NCBI GenBank assembly: GCA_902556355.1
Contig: CACDVW010000002.1
Span: 10,462 to 74,461 of the forward strand
Source of the DNA: an uncultured SAR86 cluster bacterium
Lineage (GTDB): Bacteria > Pseudomonadota > Gammaproteobacteria > Magnimaribacterales > D2472
DNA: 64,000 nucleotides
Direction: 5' to 3'
Shown: piece after piece, positions 1 to 11,208 of the stretch
Layout of the letters: each line of letters starts with the position of its first letter
Numbering within the stretch: the stretch's first letter is position 1
Notes under the pieces: model-generated
Databases searched by the model: none
The model's input: only the letters and a program-made list of their open reading frames with translations
Told to the model about the DNA's origin: nothing
Made by a program: the position numbers and the translations under genes

Positions 1-694
1 GTAAAAATTTTATACCGAGACCTGCGCCTTCTGATGCACCCTCTATAAGACCAGGTATATCTGCAATTACAAAGCTTGAATCATTTCCTTTAATTGTTCC
101 AAGATGTGGTCTTAAAGTAGTAAATGGGTAACTACCAATTTTAGGTTTTGCAGATGATACTTTGTTTAAAAAAGTTGATTTCCCTGCATTTGGGAAACCA
201 ACCAAACCAACATCAGCAAGAGATTTTAATTCCAATCTTATAAATCTAATTTCACCCTCAAAGCCTAGAGTAAATTTTCTTGGTGCTTGGTTGGTACTTG
301 ATTTGAATCGGGCATTGCCTTGACCACCATCTCCACCTTTTGCAATAACGTATGTGGCATTGTCATCACAGCAATCTAATAACTCATCATTAGAGATATC
401 ATCATAAACTACCGTTCCTTTTGGAATGTCTAGTATAAGGTCCTCAGCAGCAGATCCTGATTTATTTTTTCCTGCTCCTGGCCTTCCATTTTTTGCTATG
501 AAAACCCTTTTATTTTGAAAGTCAATAAGAGTATTTTTATTTGAATTTACCCTAAAGACTATATTGCCACCTTTTCCTCCATCGCCGCCATCAGGCCCAC
601 CAAAAGGGATATACTTTTCTCTTCTAAAGCTTGAAGCACCGGCACCACCATTCCCTGCCCTAACTTCGAGAAAGGCCTCGTCAATAAAATTCAT
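1..694 (-). CDS. obg: GTPase Obg/CgtA, N-terminal ~231 aa (3' end runs off the window)
   Basis: Minus-strand translation from the ATG at 692-694 reads [43 protein letters not shown] (glycine-rich Obg fold), then the G1 motif GFPNAGKST. It lies downstream of rplU-rpmA as in E. coli. Confidence 0.9.
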   Translation of the reverse strand, partial: MNFIDEAFLEVRAGNGGAGASSFRREKYIPFGGPDGGDGGKGGNIVFRVNSNKNTLIDFQNKRVFIAKNGRPGAGKNKSGSAAEDLILDIPKGTVVYDDISNDELLDCCDDNATYVIAKGGDGGQGNARFKSSTNQAPRKFTLGFEGEIRFIRLELKSLADVGLVGFPNAGKSTFLNKVSSAKPKIGSYPFTTLRPHLGTIKGNDSSFVIADIPGLIEGASEGAGLGIKFL

Positions 695-709
695 GAGATT
701 AAGGAAATG

Positions 710-967
710 TTATTGAGGAATAACGTTTGCAGTTTTTCTGCTTTTTGGTCCTTTGTAAGTGAATTGAACAACACCAGCTGCTTTTGCAAAAAGAGTATCG
801 TCTTTACCGATACCGACATTAATTCCAGGATGAGTGTTGGTACCTCTTTGACGTATTAATATTTCGCCAGCTTTTACAACCTGACCGCCAAATCTTTTAA
901 CGCCAAGTCTTTTGGCGTTGGAATCTCTACCGTTTTTACTGGAACCACCTGCTTTCTTATGTGCCAT
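710..967 (-). CDS. rpmA: 50S ribosomal protein L27
   Basis: 85-aa ORF starting [24 protein letters not shown], typical of L27; follows rplU. Confidence 0.97.
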   Translation of the reverse strand: MAHKKAGGSSKNGRDSNAKRLGVKRFGGQVVKAGEILIRQRGTNTHPGINVGIGKDDTLFAKAAGVVQFTYKGPKSRKTANVIPQ

Positions 968-1287
968 TATTTACTCTCTAATTTAATATCCTTTATTTCA
1001 ACTTGAGAATGTCTAGCTCTATGACCAGTTTTTGTCATGCTATGCTTCCTTCTTCTGAAACGTAAAATAGATATTTTATCTGATTTAACTACGTCAACTA
1101 CCTCCGCGGTAACCTTTACATTAGATAAATACGGTTGACCAATCTCAACATTATCATCATCAACATATAGCAAAACATTATCAAATATTATTTTTGTTCC
1201 AGGTTCATCCTTTAACAAATCTACAGGCAAAGTCATGCCTTTCTCAACTTTATGTTGTTTGCCACCTGATTCTATTACTGCGTACAT
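967..1287 (-). CDS. rplU: 50S ribosomal protein L21
   Basis: 106-aa ORF starting [17 protein letters not shown], typical of L21; 1-nt overlap with rpmA. Confidence 0.97.
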   Translation of the reverse strand: MYAVIESGGKQHKVEKGMTLPVDLLKDEPGTKIIFDNVLLYVDDDNVEIGQPYLSNVKVTAEVVDVVKSDKISILRFRRRKHSMTKTGHRARHSQVEIKDIKLESK

Positions 1288-1376
1288 ATTAATATTCCTA
1301 AAGGTGGCAAAATATACGCTTTAATGAGGAATTTATCAATAGTTATGTATAATTTTGCGTAAAATATTAAGTCATC

Positions 1377-2330
1377 ATGAAAAATATCAATTCATTACAA
1401 AAAGAGTTAGCTCTTGTAAAAAAGCTTATCAAAAATGAAATCATTGAAGAGAAGACTATATCTGATCTTTACAAATATATTTTCAAATCTGATGGTAAAA
1501 GACTAAGAGCTAAATTAAGCCTAATAACATCCTCAATAAATAAGAGAAAAAATAAAAAAAGACTAAAGCTTGCTGCGATTATTGAACTTCTTCATACAGC
1601 AACTTTAATTCATGATGATGTGGTTGATGAATCTCATACCAGGAGAGGAGTTAAATCAGTAAATAGTCTTTGGTCTAATGCTCATGGAGTTTTAATAGGA
1701 GATTATATATACAGTAAGGCCTTTATCCTCATGGTAGAGGTCGGCGAATCCAAAATACTTCATGAACTTGCAAATGCAACTAATGACATATCAAAGGGTG
1801 AATTAATTCAACTCGATGCTCTACAAAATCTTTCAATAAACTTAAAACAACTTGAGGCCATAAGCTACTTTAAAACAGGCAGACTTTTTGAAGCTTCTGC
1901 AAGAACAGGTGCAATACTAGCTGGAGGTGAAACAAGTTATATAAATAATATTTCTAAATGTGCTAAATATTTGGGAGTTCTTTTCCAGGTGAAAGATGAT
2001 CTTCTTGATTACTCTCTTAAAGAAGAAGTTATTGGAAAACCTATCTTTCAAGATATGAAAGAGGGAAAAGTTACTTATCCATTTTATTTTGCATACAAGA
2101 ATGCTGACAAAAATGATAAAGCAAAATTAAAAACATATTTAGGTAAAAATAAATTTAATGTCGAGAAAGCCTATAATTTAATACATCAATTAAACGGCAT
2201 CAAAGAGACTGAACTGTTAGCTTCTAAATATTTAAATAAAGCAGTAGCTGCAGCAAATTCAATAAAAAATAAACATATAAAAGAAGAAATGTTAAAATTA
2301 ATTAATTCTGCACTTTATAGGAAAAAATGA
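1377..2330 (+). CDS. ispB: Octaprenyl-diphosphate synthase (trans-polyprenyl synthase)
   Basis: 317 aa with the two Asp-rich motifs [10 protein letters not shown] and [10 protein letters not shown]. Divergent from rplU as ispB is in E. coli. Confidence 0.85.
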   Translation: MKNINSLQKELALVKKLIKNEIIEEKTISDLYKYIFKSDGKRLRAKLSLITSSINKRKNKKRLKLAAIIELLHTATLIHDDVVDESHTRRGVKSVNSLWSNAHGVLIGDYIYSKAFILMVEVGESKILHELANATNDISKGELIQLDALQNLSINLKQLEAISYFKTGRLFEASARTGAILAGGETSYINNISKCAKYLGVLFQVKDDLLDYSLKEEVIGKPIFQDMKEGKVTYPFYFAYKNADKNDKAKLKTYLGKNKFNVEKAYNLIHQLNGIKETELLASKYLNKAVAAANSIKNKHIKEEMLKLINSALYRKK

Positions 2331-2851
2331 GCTTTATACCAAAGTCTAGTTACAGTAAAAATGAACTAATAGACTGCTCTAACGGAAAACTCTTCACTAA
2401 ACCTGGGGACGGCAGGCTGCCGTCAGATAACATGTTAATGTTTGATGAAATAGTTGATATTAATGATAGCGGCGGAGAGTTCAACAAAGGAAGTGTTGTT
2501 GCTAATTTGAATATCAATCCTGATCTTTGGTTTTTTGATTGTCATTTTAAAGAAGATCCTGTCATGCCAGGATGTCTTGGTTTAGATGCTATGTGGCAAT
2601 TATTAGGATTTTATCTTTTATGGTCGGGCTTGCCAGGAATTGGCAGAGCTTTGGGTGCTGAAAAAGTAAAGTTTTTTGGGCAAGTTCTCCCTAATGCAAA
2701 ATTAGTTCGGTATGAATTAGATATTAAAAGAGTTATTAACAGAGGTGCTGTGTTAGGTTTAGCAAATGGTAAAATGTTTGTAGATGATAGGCAGATTTAT
2801 AGTGCTGAAAAACTTAAGGTTGGATTATTTGATGATCCAAGTAATTTTTAG
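2327..2851 (+). CDS. fabA: 3-hydroxydecanoyl-ACP dehydratase/isomerase
   Basis: 174 aa; [35 protein letters not shown] is near-identical to the E. coli FabA active-site region. ATGA overlap with ispB. Confidence 0.93.
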   Translation: MSFIPKSSYSKNELIDCSNGKLFTKPGDGRLPSDNMLMFDEIVDINDSGGEFNKGSVVANLNINPDLWFFDCHFKEDPVMPGCLGLDAMWQLLGFYLLWSGLPGIGRALGAEKVKFFGQVLPNAKLVRYELDIKRVINRGAVLGLANGKMFVDDRQIYSAEKLKVGLFDDPSNF

Positions 2852-2854
2852 AAA

Positions 2855-4066
2855 ATGAGAAATGTTGTTATAACCGGTTTTGGTATTAAATCTTGTATTG
2901 GTAATACATACCAAGAGGTTTTAGATAGTCTTAAAAATGGAAAATCTGGCATCACAGCCAATGAAACATATAAAGAAATGGGTTTTAGGAGCCAGGTATC
3001 GGGTAATGTTGACTTAAATTTTGCAGAATTAATTGATAGGAAGCTCTTCAGGTTTATGGGAGAAGCTTCTGCGTATGCATATTTAGCAGCTCAAGATGCA
3101 ATTGAAATGGCCGGCATTTCTGATGTTCATTTAAATTCTGAAAAAACTGGAATTGTTGCTGGATCTGGAGGCTCATCTACAAGAGTAATGGTGTCAACTG
3201 CAGATATAACTAGAGAAAAAGGCCCTAAGAGAATTGGCCCATATGCAGTAACAAAATCAATGGGTAGTTCCATATCTGCTATTTTAGGAACTGCTTATAG
3301 GCTAAAAGGCATCAATTATTCAATTTCATCAGCATGTGCAACAAGTGCTCACTGCATTGGCCATGGCGCAGATTTAATTAAGTCTGGGCAACAAGATATT
3401 GTAATCGCTGGTGGTGGTGAAGATCTTCACTGGAGTTCTTCAAATTTATTTGATGCAATGGGTGCATTATCATCAAATTTTAATGACAACCCCTCTTCTG
3501 CTTCAAGAGCATATGATAAAAATAGAGATGGTTTTGTAATTTCAGGCGGGTCAGGAATGGTCATTCTTGAAGAAGAAGAGCATGCAAAAAAAAGGAATGC
3601 AAATATCTTAGCTAAGCTATCGGGATATTATGCAACTTCTGATGGTTATGACATGGTAGCACCATCTGGTGAAGGTGCGTTGAGGTGCATGAAAGGTGCA
3701 ATGCATAATCATGGATCGGAAGTGGGCTATATCAATACTCATGGTACAAGTACTCCTGTTGGTGACGTTGCTGAATTAAAAGCAATAAAAGAACTTTTTA
3801 AAAACGATATACCAATAATAAGTTCAACCAAATCAATGACAGGCCATTCACTTGGAGCAACCGGAGTTCAAGAAGTAATATATTCAATAATGATGTTAAA
3901 AGAAAAATTTATTGCTCCGTCAATTAATATTGATGAATTGTGTGATGAAGCTGAAGGAGTAAATATTGCTACAGAGACTATAGAAAAAGATGTTAATTCT
4001 GTTCTCAGTAACTCTTTTGGTTTTGGTGGTACAAACGCTAGCTTGGTAATATCAAATTATAAATAA
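2855..4066 (+). CDS. fabB: Beta-ketoacyl-ACP synthase I
   Basis: 403 aa, colinear with E. coli FabB (YSISSACATSAHCIG active-site Cys, HGTSTPVGD, SNSFGFGGTNA); directly follows fabA. Confidence 0.9.
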   Translation: MRNVVITGFGIKSCIGNTYQEVLDSLKNGKSGITANETYKEMGFRSQVSGNVDLNFAELIDRKLFRFMGEASAYAYLAAQDAIEMAGISDVHLNSEKTGIVAGSGGSSTRVMVSTADITREKGPKRIGPYAVTKSMGSSISAILGTAYRLKGINYSISSACATSAHCIGHGADLIKSGQQDIVIAGGGEDLHWSSSNLFDAMGALSSNFNDNPSSASRAYDKNRDGFVISGGSGMVILEEEEHAKKRNANILAKLSGYYATSDGYDMVAPSGEGALRCMKGAMHNHGSEVGYINTHGTSTPVGDVAELKAIKELFKNDIPIISSTKSMTGHSLGATGVQEVIYSIMMLKEKFIAPSINIDELCDEAEGVNIATETIEKDVNSVLSNSFGFGGTNASLVISNYK

Positions 4067-4098
4067 GTTTTAAAAGACTGATTAAATCTTAAGCTATC

Positions 4099-4965
4099 TT
4101 ATTCTTCATCAAACTTACTCTTAGTCCAAGGAAAAACAGAGGGCATATCTGCAGATATTTTATTAGGGAAATGTGCTTTTCTTTTTTCCAGGAATGACAT
4201 TACTCCTTCTACAGCATCATCTGATGAGCCTCTGGATTGAATAACTTGGCTATCAATTTCATGAGCATCATATGGAGATGAAGATGATGAAAGTGTCCAA
4301 ATCATTTGTCTTGTAAGTGCAACTGATACCTGTGAAGATTCATCAATCAGTTTGTGGGCTAATTTAATAGTTTCCCTCAACATATCCTCTGGTTTAAAAA
4401 GATATGTGATTAATCTGGATTCTTTTGCCACAGATGCATCAAATATTTCACCAGAGTATGACCATTCTAGCGCCTTTGATATACCAACAATTTTTGGAAG
4501 AAACCAGCTTGAGCATGCATCAGGAGCAATTCCTCTTTTGGTGAACGGAAATGAAAATCTTGCATTAGTTGATGCTGTTCTTATGTCAGCGGCTAGTTGA
4601 AGCGTTGCCCCAACTCCTACAGCAACTCCGTTGCATGCTGTAAGAATTGGTTTAAGGCACTTATACATTCTTAAAACAAGTATCCCGCCAGAGTCTCTAT
4701 TAAAACCATGATTAGATTTATCTAAATTATTGAACTCATACTTGAAGGTTTCTTTGCCTGAAGATAAATCAGCTCCTGCACAGAAGGCGTTTCCAGAACC
4801 TGTAATAATTAAAGCTTTAATATTATCTTTTTTATCAACCGTATCTAATACATCTAAAAGATCATGGAGCATTTGCTGATTAAATGCATTAAGTTTATCC
4901 GGTCTATTTAAGTGAACAATCGCTAAGGAATCACGCTCTTCGAATAAAATAGTTTTGTAGGCCAA
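4099..4965 (-). CDS. Enoyl-CoA hydratase/isomerase (crotonase) family protein
   Basis: 288 aa with crotonase-type motifs ITGSGNAFCAGADL and a C-terminal helical region. Substrate is unknown. Confidence 0.75.
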   Translation of the reverse strand: MAYKTILFEERDSLAIVHLNRPDKLNAFNQQMLHDLLDVLDTVDKKDNIKALIITGSGNAFCAGADLSSGKETFKYEFNNLDKSNHGFNRDSGGILVLRMYKCLKPILTACNGVAVGVGATLQLAADIRTASTNARFSFPFTKRGIAPDACSSWFLPKIVGISKALEWSYSGEIFDASVAKESRLITYLFKPEDMLRETIKLAHKLIDESSQVSVALTRQMIWTLSSSSSPYDAHEIDSQVIQSRGSSDDAVEGVMSFLEKRKAHFPNKISADMPSVFPWTKSKFDEE

Positions 4966-4981
4966 AAGAAATAATTAAATC

Positions 4982-5420
4982 CTAAAAAGGTATATCGTCA
5001 TCTGTTAACCCTTCCCCGGAATTATCTTCAGGAAAAGGTGATTCAGATTGATCAGAAGCCATAGAATTATTTGAACTTGAAGACCTTGAACCAAGCATTG
5101 TTAATTCACTGCCAACTATTTCTGTTGTCCATCTATCTGCACCATTTTTTATCTTGCCATTTTCTAGTTTGTAATTTTCCTTCAACATAAACGCTAGAGC
5201 CTTTATCAAGATATTTTTCAACAATTTCAGCAAGTTTTCCAAAATAGACAACTCTATGCCATTCTGTTTTATCTCTCATTTCACCACTTTCTTTATCTTT
5301 CCAGGACTCAGTAGTTGCAATTGAAAGATTGGCGACAGCAGACTGAGTTGCTGTATATCTCATTTCAGGCTTTTGACCTAAATTACCTACTAAAATTACT
5401 TTATTTACGCCTCTACTCAT
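4982..5420 (-). CDS. ssb: Single-stranded DNA-binding protein, reading frame broken by one extra A in an A6 run (plus-strand T6 at 5145-5150)
   Basis: ORF 5133-5420 encodes the OB fold ([23 protein letters not shown]...[11 protein letters not shown]). ORF 4982-5251 in another frame continues [21 protein letters not shown] and ends with the canonical SSB tail DDDIPF. Removing one A joins the two colinearly with E. coli SSB. Confidence 0.9.
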
Positions 5421-5489
5421 AATTACCTCTTATAATATTCTTAGAAGTTTAACCTAATTTAATTTTTTCATCACGGTATTTTAATTTAA

Positions 5490-8307
5490 ATGGATAGTAT
5501 TTTTATCAAAGGAGCTCGCACTCACAATCTTAAGAATATAAGTATTGAAATACCTAGAAATAAAATTATTGTGATTACAGGCCTTTCAGGTTCGGGCAAG
5601 TCTTCTTTGGCATTTGACACCCTCTATGCCGAAGGTCAAAGGAGGTATGTTGAATCCCTTTCAGCCTATGCTAGACAGTTTTTGTCTATGATGGAAAAGC
5701 CTGATGTAGATCAAATTGAAGGCCTTTCACCAGCGATCTCTATTGAACAAAAAGCAACATCCCATAATCCAAGATCGACTGTTGGAACTGTTACTGAAAT
5801 ATATGACTATTTAAGGTTACTTTATTCAAGAATTGGTACACCTATATGTCCTGATCATAATGAAGAGTTAAGAGCAAAGACAGTATCAGAAATATGTGAC
5901 GAAATTTCTAAATTAAAAGATAGTTCAAAAATTATGATTTTATCTCCAATTGTTAGAGGTAAAAAAGGTGAACATCTAGCTGTTTATGAAGACTTAAGAA
6001 AAAGTGGTTATGTTAGGGTTAAGGTAAATGATGTTGTATACCCAATTGAAGAATTTCCTGAATTAGATAAGAATAAAAAAACATGATATTTCTGCTGTAG
6101 TTGATCGTTTAGTGATTAAAAACTCAGAAGAAGATAGATCTAGACTTGCAGAGTCAATTGAAACTTCTCTATATCTTTCTAATGGATTGGTTGAAATTGA
6201 AGAGATTGATAAAAAGGTTTCAACACTACATTCATCTAATTTTTCTTGCTCACAATGTGGATATGCAGTTGCTGAGCTAGAACCTAGAATGTTTTCTTTT
6301 AACAATCCATATGGGGCATGCACTAGATGCGATGGTCTTGGCGTTATTCAATATTTTAATGAAAAAAGATTAATTCAAGATGAAGATGTTTCAATATCAA
6401 ATGGTGCTATTAAGGGTTGGACGAGAAGGAACAGGTTTTATTTTTATCAACTAAAATGTCTGGCCGCGCATTATGATTTCAGCCTTACAACCAAATGGAA
6501 AGATTATAGTCAGGAGATAAAAGATATTATTCTTTGGGGATCAAAAGATAAAGTTGATTTTTCCCATAGATTTCGAAGTGGCAGCAGAATAGTTAGAAAA
6601 CATAAATTTGAAGGGATTATTCCAAGTACTGAGAGGCGGTTTAAAGAAACTGACTCTGATTTTATCAGAGACGAATTGTCTAAATTGATGTCAAAAAGCA
6701 CTTGTGACGAGTGTGACGGATCAAGATTAAATACTCAATCAAGAAATGTTTTTATTAACAGCACGCCAATACATGCGATAACAAGTATGCGAATTAATGA
6801 AGCTTTAAGCTTTATAAAAGCTATGAAGCTAGATGGCGCAAAAGAAAAAATTGCCGAAAAGATTTTAAAAGAAATTAGAGAGCGTCTAACTTTTTTAGAA
6901 GATGTTGGATTGAATTATTTAACACTCGATAGGAGTGCAGAAACATTATCTGGTGGTGAAGCTCAAAGAATTAGATTAGCAAGTCAAATAGGCTCAGGTC
7001 TAGTTGGAGTTACATATGTACTTGATGAGCCATCAATCGGTCTTCATCAGCGGGATAATGAAAAACTTATTAAAACACTTAAGAATCTTAAAAATCTTGG
7101 TAATACAGTAATTGTAGTTGAGCATGATGAAGAAGCTATTAGGTGTGCTGATTTTATTATTGATATTGGTCCAGGAGCTGGTGTCCATGGGGGTGAAGTA
7201 TGTGCCAAAGGTTCTCTTGAAGATATATTAGAAAATAAGAAATCAATCACAGCAAAGTATTTATCTGGAAAAAGACAGATTAAGGCACCTAAAAAACGAC
7301 TTAAACCAAATGAAAATAAGATAAGAATAATTAATGCGCATGAAAATAATTTAAAAAATATCTCTGCTGAAATACCTGTAGGTTTGTTTACTTGTATTAC
7401 TGGTGTTTCAGGATCGGGTAAATCTTCCTTGATAAATCAAACGCTCTTACCATTAAGCTCTTTTATCTTAAATAAATCTAAATTATCAAAAGAAATTAAA
7501 TGTGAAAAAATTGAGGGTCTAGAAAATCTTGATAAGGTTATTAGTATTGATCAATCGCCAATTGGAAGAACTCCAAGATCTAATCCCGCTACTTATACCG
7601 GATTATTTTCATATATAAGAGATTTGCTTTCAGAAACTATAGAGGCTAAATCCAGAGGCTATAAGCCTGGAAGATTTAGTTTTAATGTAAAAGGTGGAAG
7701 ATGTGAGGCTTGTCAGGGTGATGGAATGATAAAAGTGGAAATGCATTTCCTAGCTGATGTATATGTTAAGTGTGATGTATGCGATGGCCAAAGATACAAT
7801 GAGCAAACGCTGGAAGTTAAATACAAAGAAAAAAATATTAGTGACATACTAAATATGACAGTTGAGGAAGCTTTAATATTTTTTGATGCTATTCCATCAA
7901 TAAAAAAGAAATTAATAACATTAAATGATGTGGGACTTGGGTATATAACCTTAGGACAATCAGCCACTACCCTGTCTGGAGGTGAAGCACAAAGAATTAA
8001 ACTTGCCAAAGAGTTATCAAAAAGAAGTACAGGAAAGACTCTATTTATTCTTGATGAGCCTACAACAGGACTGCATTTTGCTGATATTGAATTACTACTT
8101 AATGTTTTGAATCGCTTAAAAGACCAAGGCAATACAATTGTGGTGATCGAACATAATTTAGATGTTGTAAAAACTGCTGATTGGATTATAGATCTAGGCC
8201 CAGAAGGTGGAAGTGACGGAGGTAGTATTGTTGCATCAGGAACACCAGAGGAAATCGCAAAGGTGAATCAATCCTTTACGGGGCAATTTTTAGAGAAAAT
8301 GTTATAA
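5490..8307 (+). CDS. uvrA: Excinuclease ABC subunit A, reading frame broken by one extra A in an A7 run (6075-6081)
   Basis: ORFs 5490-6086 and 6112-8307 together are colinear with UvrA: Walker [10 protein letters not shown] and GVSGSGKSS, two LSGGEAQR signatures, CxxC zinc modules. With one A fewer the junction reads [20 protein letters not shown], matching the E. coli KKHTIEVVVDRFKV region. Confidence 0.92.
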
Positions 8308-8308
8308 A

Positions 8309-8722
8309 TTAAGCAGCGGAATCTTCTTTTAATTCTGGAGCTTCTGTTGAATCTATATCATCAAGATTTCTATCAACTAGTTCTATATATGCCATATCAG
8401 CTTTATCACCTGGTCTGAATCCGGCCTTAATTATTCTTGTATAACCACCTTTTCTTTCTTTTGCATTAACAGCAATTTCTGTAAAAAGTTTTGCTACTGC
8501 TGCATCAGACCTAAGCTTATTAAAAGCAAGCCTTCTATTGGCAACAGTATCTTCTTTTCCAAGAGTAATGAGCGGCTCAATAACCTTTCTTAACTCTTTT
8601 GCCTTAGGCAAAGTAGTTTTGATAATGTCTTGCTCTATCAAAGCTATAGCTAGATTTTTTAGAAGCGCCTTTCTATGTGAAGAATTTCTGTTTAACTTTC
8701 TTCCTGCTTTTCTATGTCTCAT
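8309..8722 (-). CDS. rplQ: 50S ribosomal protein L17
   Basis: 137 aa starting [20 protein letters not shown]; last gene of the alpha operon; acidic C-terminal tail. Confidence 0.97.
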   Translation of the reverse strand: MRHRKAGRKLNRNSSHRKALLKNLAIALIEQDIIKTTLPKAKELRKVIEPLITLGKEDTVANRRLAFNKLRSDAAVAKLFTEIAVNAKERKGGYTRIIKAGFRPGDKADMAYIELVDRNLDDIDSTEAPELKEDSAA

Positions 8723-8725
8723 TTT

Positions 8726-9691
8726 TTATCCTACTGGTGGCCAGTTTTCTACATTCATACCCAAAGAAAGATCTTTAGATGCCAATACATCTTTAATTTC
8801 ATTTAAAGATTTTTTACCAAGGTTTGGTGTCTTTAATAAGTCAAACTCAGATCTGTGGATTAAGTCTCCAATTAAGAAAATACTTTCTGCCTTAAGACAG
8901 TTTGTTGACCTTACTGTTAACTCAAGCTCTTCAATAGACCTTAACAGTATAGGATCGAAGTCATTTTGATCCTTTTTAGCTTCTTGTTCAGCAATAGCAT
9001 CTAAATCAACAAAAGCACTAAGCTGTTGCTGCAGAATTGTAGCAGAATGCTCTATAGCTAATTTTGGATCAAGAGTTCCATCAGTTTCTAACTCAATTAC
9101 TAATTTATCTAAGTCAGTTCTTTTTTCAAACCTTGCATTATCAACAGTATAAGAAACTCTTCTTACGGGGCTGTATGAAGCATCTACTTTTAAAGCTCCA
9201 ACAACTCTATCTTCATCGTCTCTCAAATCTGCTGGCTCATACCCTCTTCCTGTTCTAACAGTAAGAGTCATCTTTAAATTAACTTTATCTACTATGGTCG
9301 CAATATGAAAATCTGGATTAACTAATTCGACAGTTCCAGGAACCTCAAATGAAGATGCAAGCACATCACATGGTCCAGTAACATCTAATGTTATCTCTGC
9401 ATGATTGCCTTCTATTATGTTAACTGGCATATCTTTGATATTTAGTAAAATATCTATTACATCCTCTCTAACGCCCTCTATTGTACTGTATTCATGAGAA
9501 ATACCGTCTATAGCTACGTCTGTAACTGCAGCACCAGGCATTGAGGATAATAAAATTCTTCTAAGGGCATTCCCTAGCGTATGACCAAAACCTCTTTCAA
9601 GTGGCTCTAAAGTAATCTTTGACAGATTTGGTGTTACGTCATCAACTTGAATTTCAGTTGGGACTAAAAGATCTATAACTGATATTTGCAT
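8726..9691 (-). CDS. rpoA: DNA-directed RNA polymerase alpha subunit
   Basis: [26 protein letters not shown] and the C-terminal domain are conserved. Start placed at the internal Met (MQISVIDLL...), which aligns with the E. coli N-terminus and avoids overlap with rpsD. Confidence 0.95.
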   Translation of the reverse strand: MQISVIDLLVPTEIQVDDVTPNLSKITLEPLERGFGHTLGNALRRILLSSMPGAAVTDVAIDGISHEYSTIEGVREDVIDILLNIKDMPVNIIEGNHAEITLDVTGPCDVLASSFEVPGTVELVNPDFHIATIVDKVNLKMTLTVRTGRGYEPADLRDDEDRVVGALKVDASYSPVRRVSYTVDNARFEKRTDLDKLVIELETDGTLDPKLAIEHSATILQQQLSAFVDLDAIAEQEAKKDQNDFDPILLRSIEELELTVRSTNCLKAESIFLIGDLIHRSEFDLLKTPNLGKKSLNEIKDVLASKDLSLGMNVENWPPVG

Positions 9692-9713
9692 AATTTTCTC
9701 CGTCTTTAATATT

Positions 9714-10337
9714 TTATTTTGAGTAAAGCTCAACAATAAGGTTTTCGTTAATTTCTGTACTTAAGTCAGTTCTATCTGGTACTGATTTATATACACCTTT
9801 TAGGTTTGGCTCATCTACTTCAATCCAATCGCATTCCTCACGAGTTGCAGCAATTTTTAATGCAGCAGCAATCCTAAGCTGACCTTTTTTTCTGTCTCTA
9901 ACTTGAATCTCATCACCAGGTTGAATTTGATAAGAAGGAATGTTTACAACTGAACCATTTACTTTGAAAGCTTTGTGAGAAACCATTTGTCTTGCTTCTG
10001 CTCTTGTTGATCCAAAGCCCATTCTATAAACAACGTTATCCATTCTAGATTCAAGCAGACTTAATAAGTTCTCTCCTGTATTACCTTTTGATGAAGCAGC
10101 TTTTTTATAATAATTTCTAAATTGTTTCTCTAAGACACCGTACATACGTCTAACTTTCTGCTTTTCTCTTAACTGTAATCCGTAATCTGAAAGCCTGCCT
10201 CTTCTTGCTCCACCTGCAGCACCTGGAGGAGAATCCATATTACATTTTGATTCAATGGCTCTAATACCACTTTTTAAATATAAATCTGTTCCTTCTCTTC
10301 TAGAAAGTCTTAATCTTGGTCCTGTATATCTAGCCAT
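9714..10337 (-). CDS. rpsD: 30S ribosomal protein S4
   Basis: 207 aa starting [19 protein letters not shown]. Confidence 0.97.
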   Translation of the reverse strand: MARYTGPRLRLSRREGTDLYLKSGIRAIESKCNMDSPPGAAGGARRGRLSDYGLQLREKQKVRRMYGVLEKQFRNYYKKAASSKGNTGENLLSLLESRMDNVVYRMGFGSTRAEARQMVSHKAFKVNGSVVNIPSYQIQPGDEIQVRDRKKGQLRIAAALKIAATREECDWIEVDEPNLKGVYKSVPDRTDLSTEINENLIVELYSK

Positions 10338-10348
10338 TTAATACTCCG

Positions 10349-10726
10349 TTAAACTCTTCTTTTCTTCGATGGGCGACATCCATTGTGAGGAAGTGGTGTT
10401 ACATCAGTAATGCTCTTAATTTTTAATCCACATGCATTTAAAGCTCTTATGGCAGACTCTCTTCCACCACCCGGACCTTTTACCTTGACATCTAAATTTA
10501 TCATCCCAAACTCTTTTGCAGCATTTCCAGCTTTATCTGCTGCAATTTGAGCAGCAAACGGTGTACTTTTTCTTGAGCCTTTAAAACCAGATCCACCCGA
10601 AGTAGCCCAACATACAGTATTACCTTGTTTATCAGTAATCGTGATAATTGTATTATTAAATGAGGAGTGAACATGAGCTACTCCATCAGTAACAATTTTT
10701 TTACCTTTTTTTCCTTTTACTGCCAT
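10349..10726 (-). CDS. rpsK: 30S ribosomal protein S11
   Basis: 125 aa; [18 protein letters not shown] and C-terminal [13 protein letters not shown]. Confidence 0.97.
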   Translation of the reverse strand: MAVKGKKGKKIVTDGVAHVHSSFNNTIITITDKQGNTVCWATSGGSGFKGSRKSTPFAAQIAADKAGNAAKEFGMINLDVKVKGPGGGRESAIRALNACGLKIKSITDVTPLPHNGCRPSKKRRV

Positions 10727-10730
10727 TTAT

Positions 10731-11087
10731 CTAACCTCTCATTGGCTTTTTAGGGCCTTTTCTTGTTCTTGCATTATTTTTAGTATTTTGACCTCTTGTA
10801 GGCAACTTCCTTCTGTGTCTAATACCTCTATAACTACCAAGATCCATTAATCTTTTAATATTCGTGCTTATATTTCTTCTTAAATCGCCCTCAACAACAA
10901 TGCTTCCAATAGCAGATCTTAAGCTTTCTATTTCTTCTTCTGATAAATCAGAAATTTTTCTTGTGTAATCAATTTTTAATTCAGTACAAATATTTTGCGC
11001 TGTCTTCCTACCAATTCCAAAAATATGTGTAAGCGATATCTCAACGTGCTTGTTTTCTGGAACATTTACTCCTGCGATTCTAGCCAT
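10731..11087 (-). CDS. rpsM: 30S ribosomal protein S13
   Basis: 118 aa starting [26 protein letters not shown]. Confidence 0.97.
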   Translation of the reverse strand: MARIAGVNVPENKHVEISLTHIFGIGRKTAQNICTELKIDYTRKISDLSEEEIESLRSAIGSIVVEGDLRRNISTNIKRLMDLGSYRGIRHRRKLPTRGQNTKNNARTRKGPKKPMRG

Positions 11088-11090
11088 AAA

Positions 11091-11207
11091 TTAACCTTGC
11101 CTCTGCTTATGTTTTTGATCTGTTTTGCAGATAACAAATAAGACCCCATTACGCCTTACAATTTTGCAATTTCTGCATATTTTTTTTACTGATGCTTTAA
11201 CTTTCAT
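11091..11207 (-). CDS. rpmJ: 50S ribosomal protein L36
   Basis: Not in the ORF track (38 aa). My translation is [38 protein letters not shown] with a CxxC...C...H zinc ribbon. It lies between secY and rpsM as expected. Confidence 0.93.
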   Translation of the reverse strand: MKVKASVKKICRNCKIVRRNGVLFVICKTDQKHKQRQG

Positions 11208-11208
11208 A

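Noticed and set aside
5421-5489. LexA (SOS) box expected in the ssb-uvrA divergent promoter region
   Set aside because: No CTGT-N8-ACAG-like sequence is present in the 69-bp spacer, so no SOS operator is claimed.
7713-8132. Long antisense ORFs within core genes (for example 7713-8132, 8538-8969, 21621-22031, 26780-27127, 31646-32080, 42028-42588, 53206-53505)
   Set aside because: Each lies opposite a strongly supported conserved gene. Their compositions are low-complexity (Ser, Leu, Ile, Phe) and they contain no recognisable motifs.
9692-9736. Upstream extensions of rpoA (to 9736), rplO (to 13029) and rplJ (to 33894) given by the ORF track
   Set aside because: The extensions overlap the preceding genes or the leader and do not align with the N-termini of orthologs. 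Internal starts fit better.
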